Numbered from the stretch's first letter, positions 46,277-57,448 are shown. The stretch is DNA of 64,000 nt from an uncultured delta proteobacterium (GCA_963842085.1 CAWJET010000001.1:1216001-1280000); one strand, 5' to 3'. Notes: generated by a model not told the origin, from the sequence alone. Made by a program: numbers and translations.

Positions 46277-46742
46277 TGGTCTGCTCCTGGCGATTCGCCT
46301 TCAGTCCGAAGAAGCGCGGCCCCGACCACTTGGTGCCGGTGATTCGGTAAGCGACCTCTGACAGCGACTTGTACGGCTTGCCCCGGAAGACGATGCCGTC
46401 CTCGCGGACGATCACCTGATGCTGGGTGCCGTGCCACTCGCGTAGCAGAACTGTTCCCGGTTTGAGAGTCGGTTGAGGTGCCACGCGCATCGGCCGGTGT
46501 GCCGACGCAGCGGCGGCGACCTTTGCCAGCAATCGGCGCGTCGAGGGCTTGAGCCCACCGAGCGCCTTTTCCTGGATCCGATAGGCAAGGGCGCGCACCA
46601 GCAGATCGCGGCTGATGCGCCCCGGCGGTTCGGTGCAGTAGAGCGCCCACCAGCGTTCCTTGAGATCGGCCGGAGTAGCCTGTCGTAGCGCCGCGATTTC
46701 GTGCGCCAGTGCCGAAGTAGTTGAAGATAATTTGTGTTTCAT
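46263..46742 (-). CDS. DUF2924 family protein
   Basis: LAYRIQEKALGGL, PGTVLLREWHG, YKSLSEVAYRITGTKWSGPRFFGL. Confidence 0.9.
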   Translation of the reverse strand: MKHKLSSTTSALAHEIAALRQATPADLKERWWALYCTEPPGRISRDLLVRALAYRIQEKALGGLKPSTRRLLAKVAAAASAHRPMRVAPQPTLKPGTVLLREWHGTQHQVIVREDGIVFRGKPYKSLSEVAYRITGTKWSGPRFFGLKANRQEQTNGAI

Positions 46743-46951
46743 GTGCTGCCCGCCCTCCAGCGCGGGCAGTCACACACATCGCTCTGGTTCGCCTCCGAAG
46801 CCAGTCAACGTGTTCACGCTCCGTTCGCCTTCTCATCGCCTTCGCTCGCGCTGGCAGGTCGCAGGAAAATGAGCGCTCACCGCTCGCTTCGTGGGCGCAA
46901 CAGAGCAAACATCCACGGTCAGCCAATATATGGCTGAAGGAGACCAAGAAA

Positions 46952-47191
46952 ATGGAACGCGCGAAATTGGCAAGTGGTAAGAAGATTGAACCGACCGACA
47001 CCAAGCATCGGCGACTGCCAGGGAACAAGGCCGAGCGCAAGCCGAAGGCAGAGAAGCTCGTATGCCGCTACTGCGGCTCTGACGACCTGGCGCCGAGCTT
47101 CATCAAGCGACGCGATCGGCGGTGCCGAAAGTGTTTCAGCAAGCGGTACGGTTCGGCGGCGCGGGAGAAAAAGGCAAAGAGCAAAAAGTAG
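46952..47191 (+). CDS. Small basic zinc-ribbon protein (79 aa)
   Basis: AAGGAG RBS; CRYCGSDDLAPSFIKRRDRRCRKC; hairpin downstream. Confidence 0.7.
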   Translation: MERAKLASGKKIEPTDTKHRRLPGNKAERKPKAEKLVCRYCGSDDLAPSFIKRRDRRCRKCFSKRYGSAAREKKAKSKK

Positions 47192-47477
47192 CGCCACGAG
47201 GCACGACAGGGGATCGGGCGCCCACACGCTCGGTCCCTTCTTCGCTCCGCGTAACCCTCTCGGCCGGGGCCGGTTCCAGTCTGCTACAGGAAGTCGCCTG
47301 AGAGTTCGAAACAACTGCGCTCCACCATCCAGTCTCTGGGGTCGCGGACATCTCGGAGAATCAATCGAAATCCGCGCGTGTGCGCGCGATTCGCGATCAC
47401 CCGGGGACCCGGAGAGCATCTCTTTCGGCGGGATTCGCCCGAATTGGCCAATTCCTCTCTCGGCGCGATTTGTCTAG

Positions 47478-48752
47478 CAGGCTGCGGAAAAAGTTCGATT
47501 AGTTAGGAATTTGTCCACTCGGGTTAGTTGTAAGTGTTGCTGAGCGAACATCTAAAGGGCTGCGGAGTAGAGGACCGACAGGTTCAGGTGTTTGCTTCAG
47601 GTGGCGATTGGCAAGAGGTTGCGCATCCTCACCAAGTTGTAGGCGGCGGCCGCGAAGGTAAACACCCAACCGACCCGGGCGGCACCCCGATGCCGGGTTT
47701 TGCGCAAGCCGCCGATGGTCTTGATCCAACCGAAGATCTCTTCCACCCGTTTGCGCTTGATCTGACTGATGGCGTAACCGGGATGGCGAGTGGTGCGGCG
47801 GTCGATGGCGCTGTGCATTTTGCGCGCGATGTGCGGAGTGACCTGATACGCGCGCAACTCGCGCACCAATTCCTTGCGGTCGTAACCCTTATCGGCGCCC
47901 AGTGTGACTCGATGCTGGCCCACGATCTGTGCCGCCATCGCGAGGGCCGCCTCGGGTTCGGCGCTGCCGCTGGCCTGAGTCAGCCGGGTGTTGACCACCA
48001 AGCCGTGGCGATTGTCCATCTGCACGTGGCCGGCGTAACAGAGCTTGGCCTCTTTGCCCGACCCTTTGCGGGCCAGCCGTGCCTGGGGATCGGTGGTCGA
48101 TTGGTGCGTGGCGTTGGTGCGGCGCTCACCATGGAAGTCCACGCTCGGGTTACCGGATCATCGGGCGGGATTTGCTCGTCCTCTCCTTCGCGCTTGAAAC
48201 TCTTGTGTCCGGCCCAGGCTTCGATCAGCGTGCCGTCCACCGTGAAATGCTCGTTGGAGAGCAGGTCTTGGGCACGCGCCTGCTCGAGCACCGCGTTGAA
48301 AAAGCCCTGCGCTACCTCGCCCACCAGCAAACGCTCGCGGTTCTTGGTGAAAACGGTCACGTCCCATACCGGGTCGTCGATGTTGAGCCCCACAAACCAA
48401 CGAAACAGGAAGTTGTAATCGAGCTGCTCCATCAAAAGTCGCTCGCTGCGCACCGTGTAGAGCACCTGCAAGAGCAGCGCGCGCAGCAGCTTTTCCGGCG
48501 CGATCGACGGCCGCCCGCTGTTCGTGTACACCGCGTCGAAGCGCCACGACGACTCCTTAAGCGCGGCGTCCACCATTACCCGGATCGCTCGCAACGGATG
48601 ATCCTTGGGTACTCGCCGCTCCGCCGATATGTAACTGAACATTCCGCTCTGCTGATGGTCCACCCCACGCATCACCGTCACCTCCTCTTACAACCTCTTC
48701 CTACTCCACTATATCCGATCGAGCGGAAAACTCCTCGTTTTTCCGCAGCCTG
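47478..48752 (-). mobile_element. IS5-family element with CTAG target duplication
   Basis: 15-bp perfect terminal IR CAGGCTGCGGAAAAA; CTAG at 47474-47477 and 48753-48756. Confidence 0.9.
47597..48672 (-). pseudogene. IS5-family transposase, frameshifted near 48150
   Basis: GRPSIAPEKLLRA, FTVDGTLIEAWA in one frame; STTDPQARL, TLGADKGYD, KRKRVEEIFGW in another. Confidence 0.88.
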
Positions 48753-48994
48753 CTAGTATCCTGTCCCGCAAATAACTTTATGTCGTCGGCGCCATTTGTC
48801 CGCGAAAGTGCGTCAGAAAATCATCGGTACAAGTAAACTTATTAATGGGACATGACACTAGGTCCGGGGATCGTCGCTTTAGATTCGCCTTTGGGGTTTC
48901 CGCCGACGAGATGGCGCATGGTCGCCGCGAGAGGCGTAGTCGCCCACGGATCGCTTCCAGCGATCACGGACATTGGCACTAACCTGCGGCCTAT

Positions 48995-49234
48995 ATGGCC
49001 GGCCTCGAGCGCGTACTGCGTGCGCTGGGGAATCGCGGCTACGGCGACGCGCACCTGGAGGCGGGAATTCTCGGCGGCCGGGCCTGTCTTGCGGCGTATT
49101 CGCTCGGCCGCGGTGGGACGGGACTCACGTTCTATGACGACGACACGACTAAATTCTTTGAAGCTCACGCTGCCGGCAAGAGCCCGCTGCTGATGGTGGC
49201 GGTGGGTGTCCCACGCTCGCGCACATTGTCATAA
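48995..49234 (+). pseudogene. C-terminal fragment of a SagB/nitroreductase-family protein
   Basis: GNRGYGDAHLEAGILGGRACLAAYSLG..TGLTFYDD. Confidence 0.6.
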
Positions 49235-49270
49235 GGCTCTCGTGCAGAATTAGATCGACCGCCTTTTCGG

Positions 49271-50383
49271 ATGGCGTGGCTTTTGCTTCCCTCACTCGGA
49301 AGTATGAGGGTTCCCGGTTTTAATCAGTTCGATCTCGACATCGCGCGCGCCCGTATCGTGCTCTCGATACTGGCGATGATTTCCTTGTATGTCGACCCGA
49401 GCGCCGCCGGCGGGTTATTTCATCTGACGCCGGTCGTCCTCGGTATATTGCTTTGTCACTTCGCCTACAGTTCCGGGGTCTATGCCGCGAGCCGAAAGGG
49501 GATGGGGGCGCGCTCGCTCCCGTTTATCACGATCGTACTGGATATCTTCTTTGCGAGCGCGATTGCGTTTCTGACCGAAGGACAGACCGGGCCGTCGTAC
49601 GTTTTTTTGGTGTTCGCGATTATCGCAGTGGGGATGCGCGCCGGGCTGGCGGTCACAATGCGCGTAACGCTGGGCGCTGTCGCGCTTTACCTCATCGTGG
49701 TTGCGATCTCCACGGGTCTCAGCGGCATCTACGTGATGCGCGCTGTTTACCTTGCGATCGCAGGTTATCTGATTGGATTCTTCGGCCAGCAGCGCGCGCA
49801 TTACGAGGAACGGCTGCGCGAGCTGGAGGCGCAGGCCGCGCGCCATTCGATCGCGCGCTCGCTCCACGACAGTTACGTGCAATCGCTGGCGGGCGTGGAC
49901 TTGCGGCTGCAGACCTGCCGCGAATTGATCCGGCGCGGGCGATCCGATGACGCGGCTAACGAGCTGCTCGGCCTTCAGACAGGCGTCGAACGCGAATACG
50001 CTGAAGTTCGTAAATATATTCGCACGTTGGCAGGAATAGAGGCGACGCCTACGCCGGCTGCGATCGAGGCAGCCGATCCGATGGTGACGTTAAAACTCGC
50101 GATTGACGCGCGCAGTCCGCTGGCTGAGCGGATCCTGAAGATCGCACTCGAGGGGTTGGCCAACGCACGAAAGCATTCGCACGCAACAGCGGTTGAAATA
50201 ACAGCAACGCAAAGTGCTGACGGGGTAGCGATCACGATCGGCGACGACGGAGTGGGATTTCCCAAGCCGGCCGATCCGCCGTGGACGATCGCTTCACATG
50301 TAGCCGAGTCCGGCGGTCGGCTTAACATCCGTGGCAACGGTTCGACCCGTCTCGAAATCGCAATTCCGAACGCCGGAAATTGA
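49271..50383 (+). CDS. Membrane-bound HisKA_3 sensor kinase
   Basis: Several TMs; IARSLHDSYVQ, EGLANARKHS, DDGVGF; G2 box degenerate. Confidence 0.85.
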   Translation: MAWLLLPSLGSMRVPGFNQFDLDIARARIVLSILAMISLYVDPSAAGGLFHLTPVVLGILLCHFAYSSGVYAASRKGMGARSLPFITIVLDIFFASAIAFLTEGQTGPSYVFLVFAIIAVGMRAGLAVTMRVTLGAVALYLIVVAISTGLSGIYVMRAVYLAIAGYLIGFFGQQRAHYEERLRELEAQAARHSIARSLHDSYVQSLAGVDLRLQTCRELIRRGRSDDAANELLGLQTGVEREYAEVRKYIRTLAGIEATPTPAAIEAADPMVTLKLAIDARSPLAERILKIALEGLANARKHSHATAVEITATQSADGVAITIGDDGVGFPKPADPPWTIASHVAESGGRLNIRGNGSTRLEIAIPNAGN

Positions 50384-51015
50384 GCATGTCAATTCGTCTG
50401 ATCCTCGCTGACGACCACGCGCTGTTCCGTCAAGGGCTATCGGCGCTGCTCAGGCTCGAGCCGGATTTCGAGGTCGTCGCCGAAGTGGAGCGTCTCTCCG
50501 ATCTGGATCTGGTGATGTCCGCGACTCCGTGCGACATGCTGCTGCTCGATTTGCAGATGGAACGATGGTCGATGGAAGAGATCCCGCGGCTTGCGAAGAT
50601 GGCGTCGGTTATCGTCCTGACCGCAACTGAGAGCCCTGAGAGCGGGATCACGGCGATTCGTCTTGGCGCGCGCGCGATCGTGCAAAAGCATTTTGCGATC
50701 GAATACCTGGTCACTGCGATCCGCGCGGTGGCTGAGGGCCACGTGTGGATGCCGCCGGCGATTCAGGCTGCAATTGTGCGGCAAGGGATTGTGAGTGGGA
50801 AGCGCCTGACGTCGCGCGAATCGGAGATCGTGCGCTTCGTGGCCATGGGGATGCGCAATTCTGAAGTGGCGCAGCGGCTCGAGGTCAGCGAAAACACCGT
50901 CAAGACGCATCTCTCGAATATCTTTGAGAAGCTCAAGATTCGCGATCGCCAGGAGCTCACGCACTACGCCATCAGAACGGGACTTATCACGGTTCAGAAT
51001 CCCGGCGGCGACTGA
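50380..51015 (+). CDS. NarL/LuxR-family response regulator
   Basis: LADDHALFRQG, LLDLQM, LTSRESEI, TVKTHLSNIFEKL. Confidence 0.92.
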   Translation: MSMSIRLILADDHALFRQGLSALLRLEPDFEVVAEVERLSDLDLVMSATPCDMLLLDLQMERWSMEEIPRLAKMASVIVLTATESPESGITAIRLGARAIVQKHFAIEYLVTAIRAVAEGHVWMPPAIQAAIVRQGIVSGKRLTSRESEIVRFVAMGMRNSEVAQRLEVSENTVKTHLSNIFEKLKIRDRQELTHYAIRTGLITVQNPGGD

Positions 51016-51234
51016 AAATCGTCTCTGCAACTCCGGGCCGTGACTACTTAGCGCCTTCGAAATAACAGGCACCTGCCCCTTCGCTAGGCAGTTCTACCTA
51101 AACGACTCGCAATTCAGCTGATCGTTTATTATCTCGCGATTTAGAATCGAGCTGACACTTTCGGGTGATCTTCGGATCATCCCCTATGAGTAGGCCATCT
51201 GCTCTCACAGTCTGACTTTTGCGATCTCAAAGTG

Positions 51235-51251
51235 GCGGCATGGCCGTTGCT
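51235..51251 (+). promoter_or_regulatory. Candidate sigma54 (-24/-12) promoter of the amt operon
   Basis: GCGGCATGGCCGTTGCT with GG-N10-GC spacing. Confidence 0.55.
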
Positions 51252-51333
51252 CTAGCGGCCCCTGTAGTCGCCGCTCTCTCGCTCAGAAAAGAAAACATGG
51301 CAGAACCAAAAGAACAGAGGAGAACTTTGCTCG

Positions 51334-51561
51334 ATGGGTGCGAATAGTCAACAAGGTTGGGCGCTTCTTTTGTTCCTCATCGGCTTCACATTCTTGCCGG
51401 CGGGTCTTTTCGCGCTGGGGCCAATCTTTGTGATCGCAGGCTTGGTATGCCTAATCGCATCGTTCGCCTGGTTTATGAGGATTAAGCCGCTCGAGCATCT
51501 GGAAAGCGGGAATAGTCCGGCGCAAGAGACTAATCCCGACCGAAAAGCCACTGCGGCCTAA
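51334..51561 (+). CDS. Small 2-TM membrane protein (75 aa)
   Basis: GAGGAG RBS; two hydrophobic helices. Confidence 0.7.
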   Translation: MGANSQQGWALLLFLIGFTFLPAGLFALGPIFVIAGLVCLIASFAWFMRIKPLEHLESGNSPAQETNPDRKATAA

Positions 51562-51589
51562 ATCTAGAGAAGACGATCGGAGGGAAACA

Positions 51590-51769
51590 ATGAGGATTCT
51601 AGGTCTGCTGGTATGCGTTCTAGGCTGGTTCATAGCCGTCTTGAGCGTGAAGGTTCCCGGAGTATACGCGCAGTTACTGGTCGCGGTCGTGGGATTCATC
51701 ATCGCTGCCTTGGGTTCAATGGCGATCGTCAACCGCTATCACCTGCAAAAGGCTAATTGGAAAGAATGA
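51590..51769 (+). CDS. Small 2-TM membrane protein (59 aa; not in the ORF track)
   Basis: GGAGG RBS; MRILGLLVCVLGWFIAVLSVKVPGVYAQLLVAVVGFIIAALGSMAIVNRYHLQKANWKE. Confidence 0.7.
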   Translation: MRILGLLVCVLGWFIAVLSVKVPGVYAQLLVAVVGFIIAALGSMAIVNRYHLQKANWKE

Positions 51770-51783
51770 GGGGAAAGCACTCG

Positions 51784-53496
51784 ATGCTCATAAGAATCAA
51801 TCGCTCACGCTATCGGCTCACCAGGCTTATCGTTCTGCTCTTGAGCGTTGCATGGCTTCTACCTACGACGCTCGTTCTGGCGCAAGCACCAGCCGCGTCG
51901 CCGTCGGCAGCCGCTTCGCCGGCTCCGCCGCCATCCGTGCCTCTCAGTACAGGCGACATCAGATCGATCAGCGGCCCTTCCGCCGCAGATTTGGCGAAGG
52001 GAGATCCGAGCGGAACTCTTACGGGTACGGTGAATGATGTCCCGGTCAGCGATACGAAGGCCGGTCTCACAATCGCCAACGTAGTTAACCAGGTGGGGCA
52101 GAATCGCATAGCGGCCAACTTCATTTGGACGCTGGTGACCGGTTATCTGGTCATGTTCATGCAGGCTGGCTTCGCCGCGGTTGAAACCGGACTCTGCCGC
52201 GCGAAAAACGCGAACCACACCTTCATGATGAACTTCATGGTGTACGGCTGGGGACTGTTCGCGTACTGGGTAATGGGATTCGCGCTGCAGCAGGGAGGAT
52301 GCGCTCCTGTCAGCACCTTAGGTGGCCTCAGCCCTCTCAACTCGGAATTCACGTTCAACTTTATAGGCGGCAAGCCCTGGGGACTCTTCGGCCAGAAGGG
52401 ATTCTTCCTGTCCGGTTCGGGCTACGACGTGGGCATCATGGTGATGTTCCTGTTCCAAATGGTGTTCATGGACACCGCTGCGACGATAGTCACCGGCGCC
52501 GCCGCCGAGCGATGGAAGTTTGCCGCCTTCTCAATGTCGAGCGTGTTTCTCGCCGCCATTACTTACCCGCTTTACGCGAACTGGGCATGGGGTGGTGGTT
52601 GGACGTCAGCGCTCGGGGCGAACTACGGGCTCGGACATGGATATTGCGATTTCGCCGGATCAGGTGTCGTGCATGCTGTGGGCGGGATTTCGGCCTTGGC
52701 TGTCTCGATGATCATCGGCCCGCGGATCGGCAAGTATCAGCGGAGTGGCAAGCCAAATCCGATGCCAGGGCACGATATGACCATGGTTCTGATCGGATGC
52801 TTCATCCTGGCGTTTGGATGGTTCGGGTTTAACCCAGGCAGCACTCTCGGTGCGTCAGCTAACGGCGATTTGCGGATAGGAACTATCGCGGTCAACACAA
52901 TGCTCGCAGGATGCACGGGTTCTATCGCGTCGCTGCTCTACATGTGGATTCGCTACGGTAAGCCTGATGCATCGATGGCAGGCAACGGACTGCTGGCGGG
53001 GCTTGTCGCGATTACCGCCCCCAGTGGTTTCGTGAACACAGTGGGAGCAACGATTATCGGCTTCTTTGCCGGAATGCTCGTTTGCTTGAGCGTAGAATTC
53101 ATCGAGCGCGTACTGAAGGTCGACGATCCAGTCGGTGCCATCTCAGTACATGGGACGTGCGGTCTCTGGGGTGTCATATCAGTAGGTTTGTTCGCAGATG
53201 GCACCAGCAATTACGGCGGCAGTTGGAACGGTGTCAATGGCAACGTGACTGGACTGTTCTATGGCGACCCGAGCCAGTTGGTCGCCCAGTTCATAGGGTG
53301 CGCGACCCTGATCGGGATCGTCTTTTCGCTCGCATATGTCCTCAACTGGTTCGTCGACCTCGTCGTCGGACAGAGGGTCGGAGCCCACAGCGAGCTTGAA
53401 GGTCTCGATCTGCCGGAGATGGGAGCGCTCGGTTATCCCGAGTTCCAGCTAGTTACATCAGGCCTTGGCCGTTCAATCGACGTGGCAGCCGACTAG
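51784..53496 (+). CDS. amtB: Ammonium transporter (Amt family) with long N-terminal extension
   Basis: MFMQAGF, GAAAER, DFAGSGVVH, IGPRIG, PGHD, GWFGFNPGS, AGLVAIT, VDDPVGAISVHG. Confidence 0.93.
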   Translation: MLIRINRSRYRLTRLIVLLLSVAWLLPTTLVLAQAPAASPSAAASPAPPPSVPLSTGDIRSISGPSAADLAKGDPSGTLTGTVNDVPVSDTKAGLTIANVVNQVGQNRIAANFIWTLVTGYLVMFMQAGFAAVETGLCRAKNANHTFMMNFMVYGWGLFAYWVMGFALQQGGCAPVSTLGGLSPLNSEFTFNFIGGKPWGLFGQKGFFLSGSGYDVGIMVMFLFQMVFMDTAATIVTGAAAERWKFAAFSMSSVFLAAITYPLYANWAWGGGWTSALGANYGLGHGYCDFAGSGVVHAVGGISALAVSMIIGPRIGKYQRSGKPNPMPGHDMTMVLIGCFILAFGWFGFNPGSTLGASANGDLRIGTIAVNTMLAGCTGSIASLLYMWIRYGKPDASMAGNGLLAGLVAITAPSGFVNTVGATIIGFFAGMLVCLSVEFIERVLKVDDPVGAISVHGTCGLWGVISVGLFADGTSNYGGSWNGVNGNVTGLFYGDPSQLVAQFIGCATLIGIVFSLAYVLNWFVDLVVGQRVGAHSELEGLDLPEMGALGYPEFQLVTSGLGRSIDVAAD

Positions 53497-53512
53497 GTCA
53501 AAAGGAGAACTT

Positions 53513-53605
53513 ATGGCAGCTCAAATTGCATTCGCGGTGATCATGCTCGCGGTATTCGTAGGATGGATGTTTATCAAACCCGGCAAGAGCATCTTCGATA
53601 AGTAG
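53513..53605 (+). CDS. 30-aa single-TM peptide (KdpF-sized; not in the ORF track)
   Basis: AAAGGAG RBS; MAAQIAFAVIMLAVFVGWMFIKPGKSIFDK. Confidence 0.7.
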   Translation: MAAQIAFAVIMLAVFVGWMFIKPGKSIFDK

Positions 53606-53614
53606 AAAACTCCG

Positions 53615-54111
53615 GTGGAATTGAATACGACAGCTATGCAGGAAGAGCTAACAGATCCGATGGCTGGAAAGCGCCCGACGCCCATAGTTCGCGACGCTCA
53701 CGCGTTGCTGCTGCGAGGGATTGACGCCTTGGAGCGCAATCATATCGAAGAGGCTATCGCCCTGCTGCGCCAGGCGGTCCAACTCGATGCCGAGTCTTTC
53801 CACAGCCAGCTCGCGCTCGGCATCGCGCTCACCAAGGGTCTCGAGATTCCAGCTGCCGAAGCCGCCCTGGAGGCGGCGATAAGTCTCGAACCTCGAAGCT
53901 TCTGGGCCCACTTTCGAATGGGCGAACTGTTCCAGCGCGTCGGGGTTCCAGGAAAAGCAAAAGAGGAATTCCAGACTGCGCTGGACCTGGCGCAGACCAG
54001 CGAGGAAAAGAAGATCGCCCGAGACCGCCTGGAAAGTGAACAGAAACGCGACCCAGTACGCGCGTGGCGGCCAGACTTCGCCGGCTTGTTGCGTAGAAAG
54101 AAGCGGAAGTG

Positions 54112-54112
<1 letters not shown>
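53615..54112 (+). CDS. TPR protein
   Basis: EEAIALLRQAVQLD, SQLALGIAL, EPRSFWAHFRMGELF. Confidence 0.8.
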
Positions 54113-54656
<544 letters not shown>

Positions 54657-54689
54657 GTCTCGGTTCGTCCATTTTGAGCCGGTCTGCCG

Positions 54690-55700
54690 ATGGTCTATGG
54701 CTTAGGAGTAACGCTAGTCGTCGTCTTGTTGGGCCCGGTGATGTTCGAGCCGATCGGACAGAACATCGAGATGTTCTTTCTAGTCGTCGGCGCCTTTGCT
54801 TCCGCTATCAGTGGGCAATGGGGACACGATCTGCTTCACGCAGCACTCACCGAACCGATCGCCTTGACGATCGCGGTTCTGGTCTTTGGCGTGGTCATGC
54901 GCGTGACGCGACCTTGGCTCGACCAGGGGGTGAAACGACTGGTGCAGGTCGTCGATCCGCGATGGATCTATTTCGCTTTGATCATAGTTTTGGGACTGCT
55001 TTCGAGCGTCATCACTGCGGTAATCGCGGCCCTGGTCTTGGTCGAAGCGATTGCTTTGCTGAAGCTTGATCGCCGCAGCGAGATAGCAGCCGTCGTGCTG
55101 GCTTGCTTTGCGATCGGCTTGGGCGCCGCACTTACCCCGGTCGGCGAACCTCTCGGCACGATAGCGATCGCGGCGCTGAAGACGGACTTCTGGTACCTCG
55201 CGCGACTTTTGGGGCCAATGGTCGTTACCGGCATCGCGATCGTTGGAATTTTCAGTCTGTTCCTGCCGGCGAAGTACGGACACTCACTGAAAGCTGACGC
55301 CCACACGGAGAATTGGTCCGAGATTTTCTTTCGCGCAGGGAAAGTTTATCTGTTTGTCGCGGGACTGGTTGGACTTTCGTGGGGACTGCGCCCGCTCGTC
55401 GACGCCTACATCAGCCACTTGCCGCAGGGTGTATTGTTTTGGCTGAACTCGATTTCAGCGGTCGTCGACAACGCCACGCTCACTGCCGCCGAGATTGGCC
55501 CCTCGCTGTCGACCGCGCAGCAGCGCGGTGTGCTGATGGGTCTCTTGATCAGCGGTGGCATGCTTATTCCTGGCAACATTCCCAACATCGTAGCAGCCGG
55601 GCGTTTGGGAATTTCGAGCCGCGAATGGGCTCGTGTTGGATTGGTAGCCGGGGTTCCACTAATGGCGCTCTGCTTCGCCGCTCTCTATTTGATGGCATGA
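54690..55700 (+). CDS. DUF1646 family putative ion transporter
   Basis: GAALTPVGEPLGTI, SAVVDNATL, GGMLIPGNIPNI. Confidence 0.82.
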   Translation: MVYGLGVTLVVVLLGPVMFEPIGQNIEMFFLVVGAFASAISGQWGHDLLHAALTEPIALTIAVLVFGVVMRVTRPWLDQGVKRLVQVVDPRWIYFALIIVLGLLSSVITAVIAALVLVEAIALLKLDRRSEIAAVVLACFAIGLGAALTPVGEPLGTIAIAALKTDFWYLARLLGPMVVTGIAIVGIFSLFLPAKYGHSLKADAHTENWSEIFFRAGKVYLFVAGLVGLSWGLRPLVDAYISHLPQGVLFWLNSISAVVDNATLTAAEIGPSLSTAQQRGVLMGLLISGGMLIPGNIPNIVAAGRLGISSREWARVGLVAGVPLMALCFAALYLMA

Positions 55701-56779
55701 GTCAAAGGCAACATCTTCACGATCCTAGAATATCCAGGCGGAGAATTTATCTCCGGGGCCTCGTCGGACCTCATGAAAGCGACGAGGGGGAGACTGCGAT
55801 TGAAACCCTGATGCCATCCCAGACCCGCCCGACGACAACTGGTGCGAAAGACGACGAGCTTCTCCTTGAGAGCCACAGCCTCCCAATGACTGAGTTTATC
55901 GAGGCAGGGCATCGAGCCGCCTTCGCCAACGCAACCGTTCTACTGACCGGCGACAGCGGCACCGGGAAAAGCGCCTTCGCGCGCCAGATACATAGATGGA
56001 GTCGGCGAAGCGAGGCGCCATTTTTAAGCGTCGACTGTGCAGCGATATCCGAGCACATTCGCGAGAGCGATCCCTTCGAGGATTTAAGGAACTCGCTGGC
56101 GGCTTTGCCCGCTGAACGCGACGGCGAAAGCGACGTTTCGGACTCCGCTACCCTGCTTTTGGACAATCTCGTGGATCTCCCGCATGCCGCTCAGGCCAGG
56201 CTTTTGCAGTTCGTCGAAGGGCGGCAATCTAGCCCGCATCTGCCCTCTTCGCGGTTGAGAGTAAGGATCGTTGCTGCTTCTAGTCGCGATCTTTCCGAAG
56301 AGGTTTCGGCCGGTCGTTTCCGCCGCGATCTCTTCTATCGGATCAACGTGATCGCGCTGAGGATTCCCGCGCTGGCCGATCGCCGCGGAGATATTCTTCC
56401 ATTAGCCGAGCACTTATTGGCGAACTTCGCACTGCAAAACCATCGGTTTGGATTGCACCTATCAGCCGAAGCTGAGGCCGCGATCGCGAGCTATCAGTGG
56501 CCTGGCAATGTCCGGGAATTGAGAAACGCCATCGAGCGCGCGGCCGTCCTATGCACCCGGGATTTGATCGGCGAACAACTTCTCCCACATGCGGTCTTGT
56601 CCGCCAAACGACTTTACTCCTTTCCGGAACCCAAACCAGTCAGTAGTCTCGAAGAGGTCGAGCGCCGGCAGATCATAGAAGTGCTCAAAGAATCCGCGAC
56701 CATGGAAGAGGCTGCGGCCGCACTCGGCATCAACTCCACGACACTCTGGCGAAAGCGAAAACTTTACAATATCCACTAG
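55697..56779 (+). CDS. Atypical NtrC-like AAA+/Fis-HTH regulator (no REC domain, no GAFTGA)
   Basis: ATGA overlap with DUF1646; GDSGTGKS, FRRDLFYRINV, WPGNVRELRNAIERA, LGINSTTLWRKRK; Walker B reads LLDNL. Confidence 0.82.
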   Translation: MSQRQHLHDPRISRRRIYLRGLVGPHESDEGETAIETLMPSQTRPTTTGAKDDELLLESHSLPMTEFIEAGHRAAFANATVLLTGDSGTGKSAFARQIHRWSRRSEAPFLSVDCAAISEHIRESDPFEDLRNSLAALPAERDGESDVSDSATLLLDNLVDLPHAAQARLLQFVEGRQSSPHLPSSRLRVRIVAASSRDLSEEVSAGRFRRDLFYRINVIALRIPALADRRGDILPLAEHLLANFALQNHRFGLHLSAEAEAAIASYQWPGNVRELRNAIERAAVLCTRDLIGEQLLPHAVLSAKRLYSFPEPKPVSSLEEVERRQIIEVLKESATMEEAAAALGINSTTLWRKRKLYNIH

Positions 56780-57013
56780 CGTGCGTGATGCATGATTCGG
56801 GTCGCATATCCTTGGGCAATCTGGCTTCTTCTGTTTTACGAGTGCAAACGACCGATTAGGGCTGAGAGCGGATTTGCCACTTCGATCGGTTGGATTTGGA
56901 TCCTTGAGTTTGCAGGATGGCAGGAGCGATAGGACCACTGCCATACATCTGATCGGAAGGGCGAAAGGCGCGGCTATGCGAAAACACCAGCAGTTCACTC
57001 TTGCCGGAGAAAG

Positions 57014-57448
57014 ATGATGAAGATGGAGCGGATTCTGGTGCCCGTCGACTTTTCTGAACATTCGCTCGCGGCACTAATGTACGCGATAGAACTAGCGCAC
57101 GAGTATGAATGCGAGGTGCTCCTCGTTCACGTCGTAGAGCCGCTACCTCGCGGGACCATGCGCTGGTCTGATGACACCAGTTTACTTGAGCAGCACCGTG
57201 AGAAGGCATGCGACGAACTCAAGCGTTTCGAGCAGGAAGCAACACGGCTCTATCCAAAATGCCGTTCGGAACTCTACTTTGGCATAACTCACGACGTGAT
57301 CGAGGAAGTGGTTAGCCGGTTGGAGGTTGATCTTGTAGTTATATCCATCCATGAAAAAACTCCACTGGTCGACCTATTGACCGGCGGCACCGCTCATCAT
57401 TTGCTGCGCCATGCCCGGTGCCCTGTCTTGAGGTTACTTGCTGACTGA
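57014..57448 (+). CDS. Universal stress protein (USP)
   Basis: ILVPVDFSEHS, LVHVVE, GGTAHHLLRHARCPVL. Confidence 0.88.
   Translation: MMKMERILVPVDFSEHSLAALMYAIELAHEYECEVLLVHVVEPLPRGTMRWSDDTSLLEQHREKACDELKRFEQEATRLYPKCRSELYFGITHDVIEEVVSRLEVDLVVISIHEKTPLVDLLTGGTAHHLLRHARCPVLRLLAD

Noticed and set aside
55313-55696. N-terminal 128 aa of the 488-aa regulator ORF
   Set aside because: Overlaps DUF1646 out of frame; ATG 55697 coupled to the DUF1646 stop is the more plausible start.
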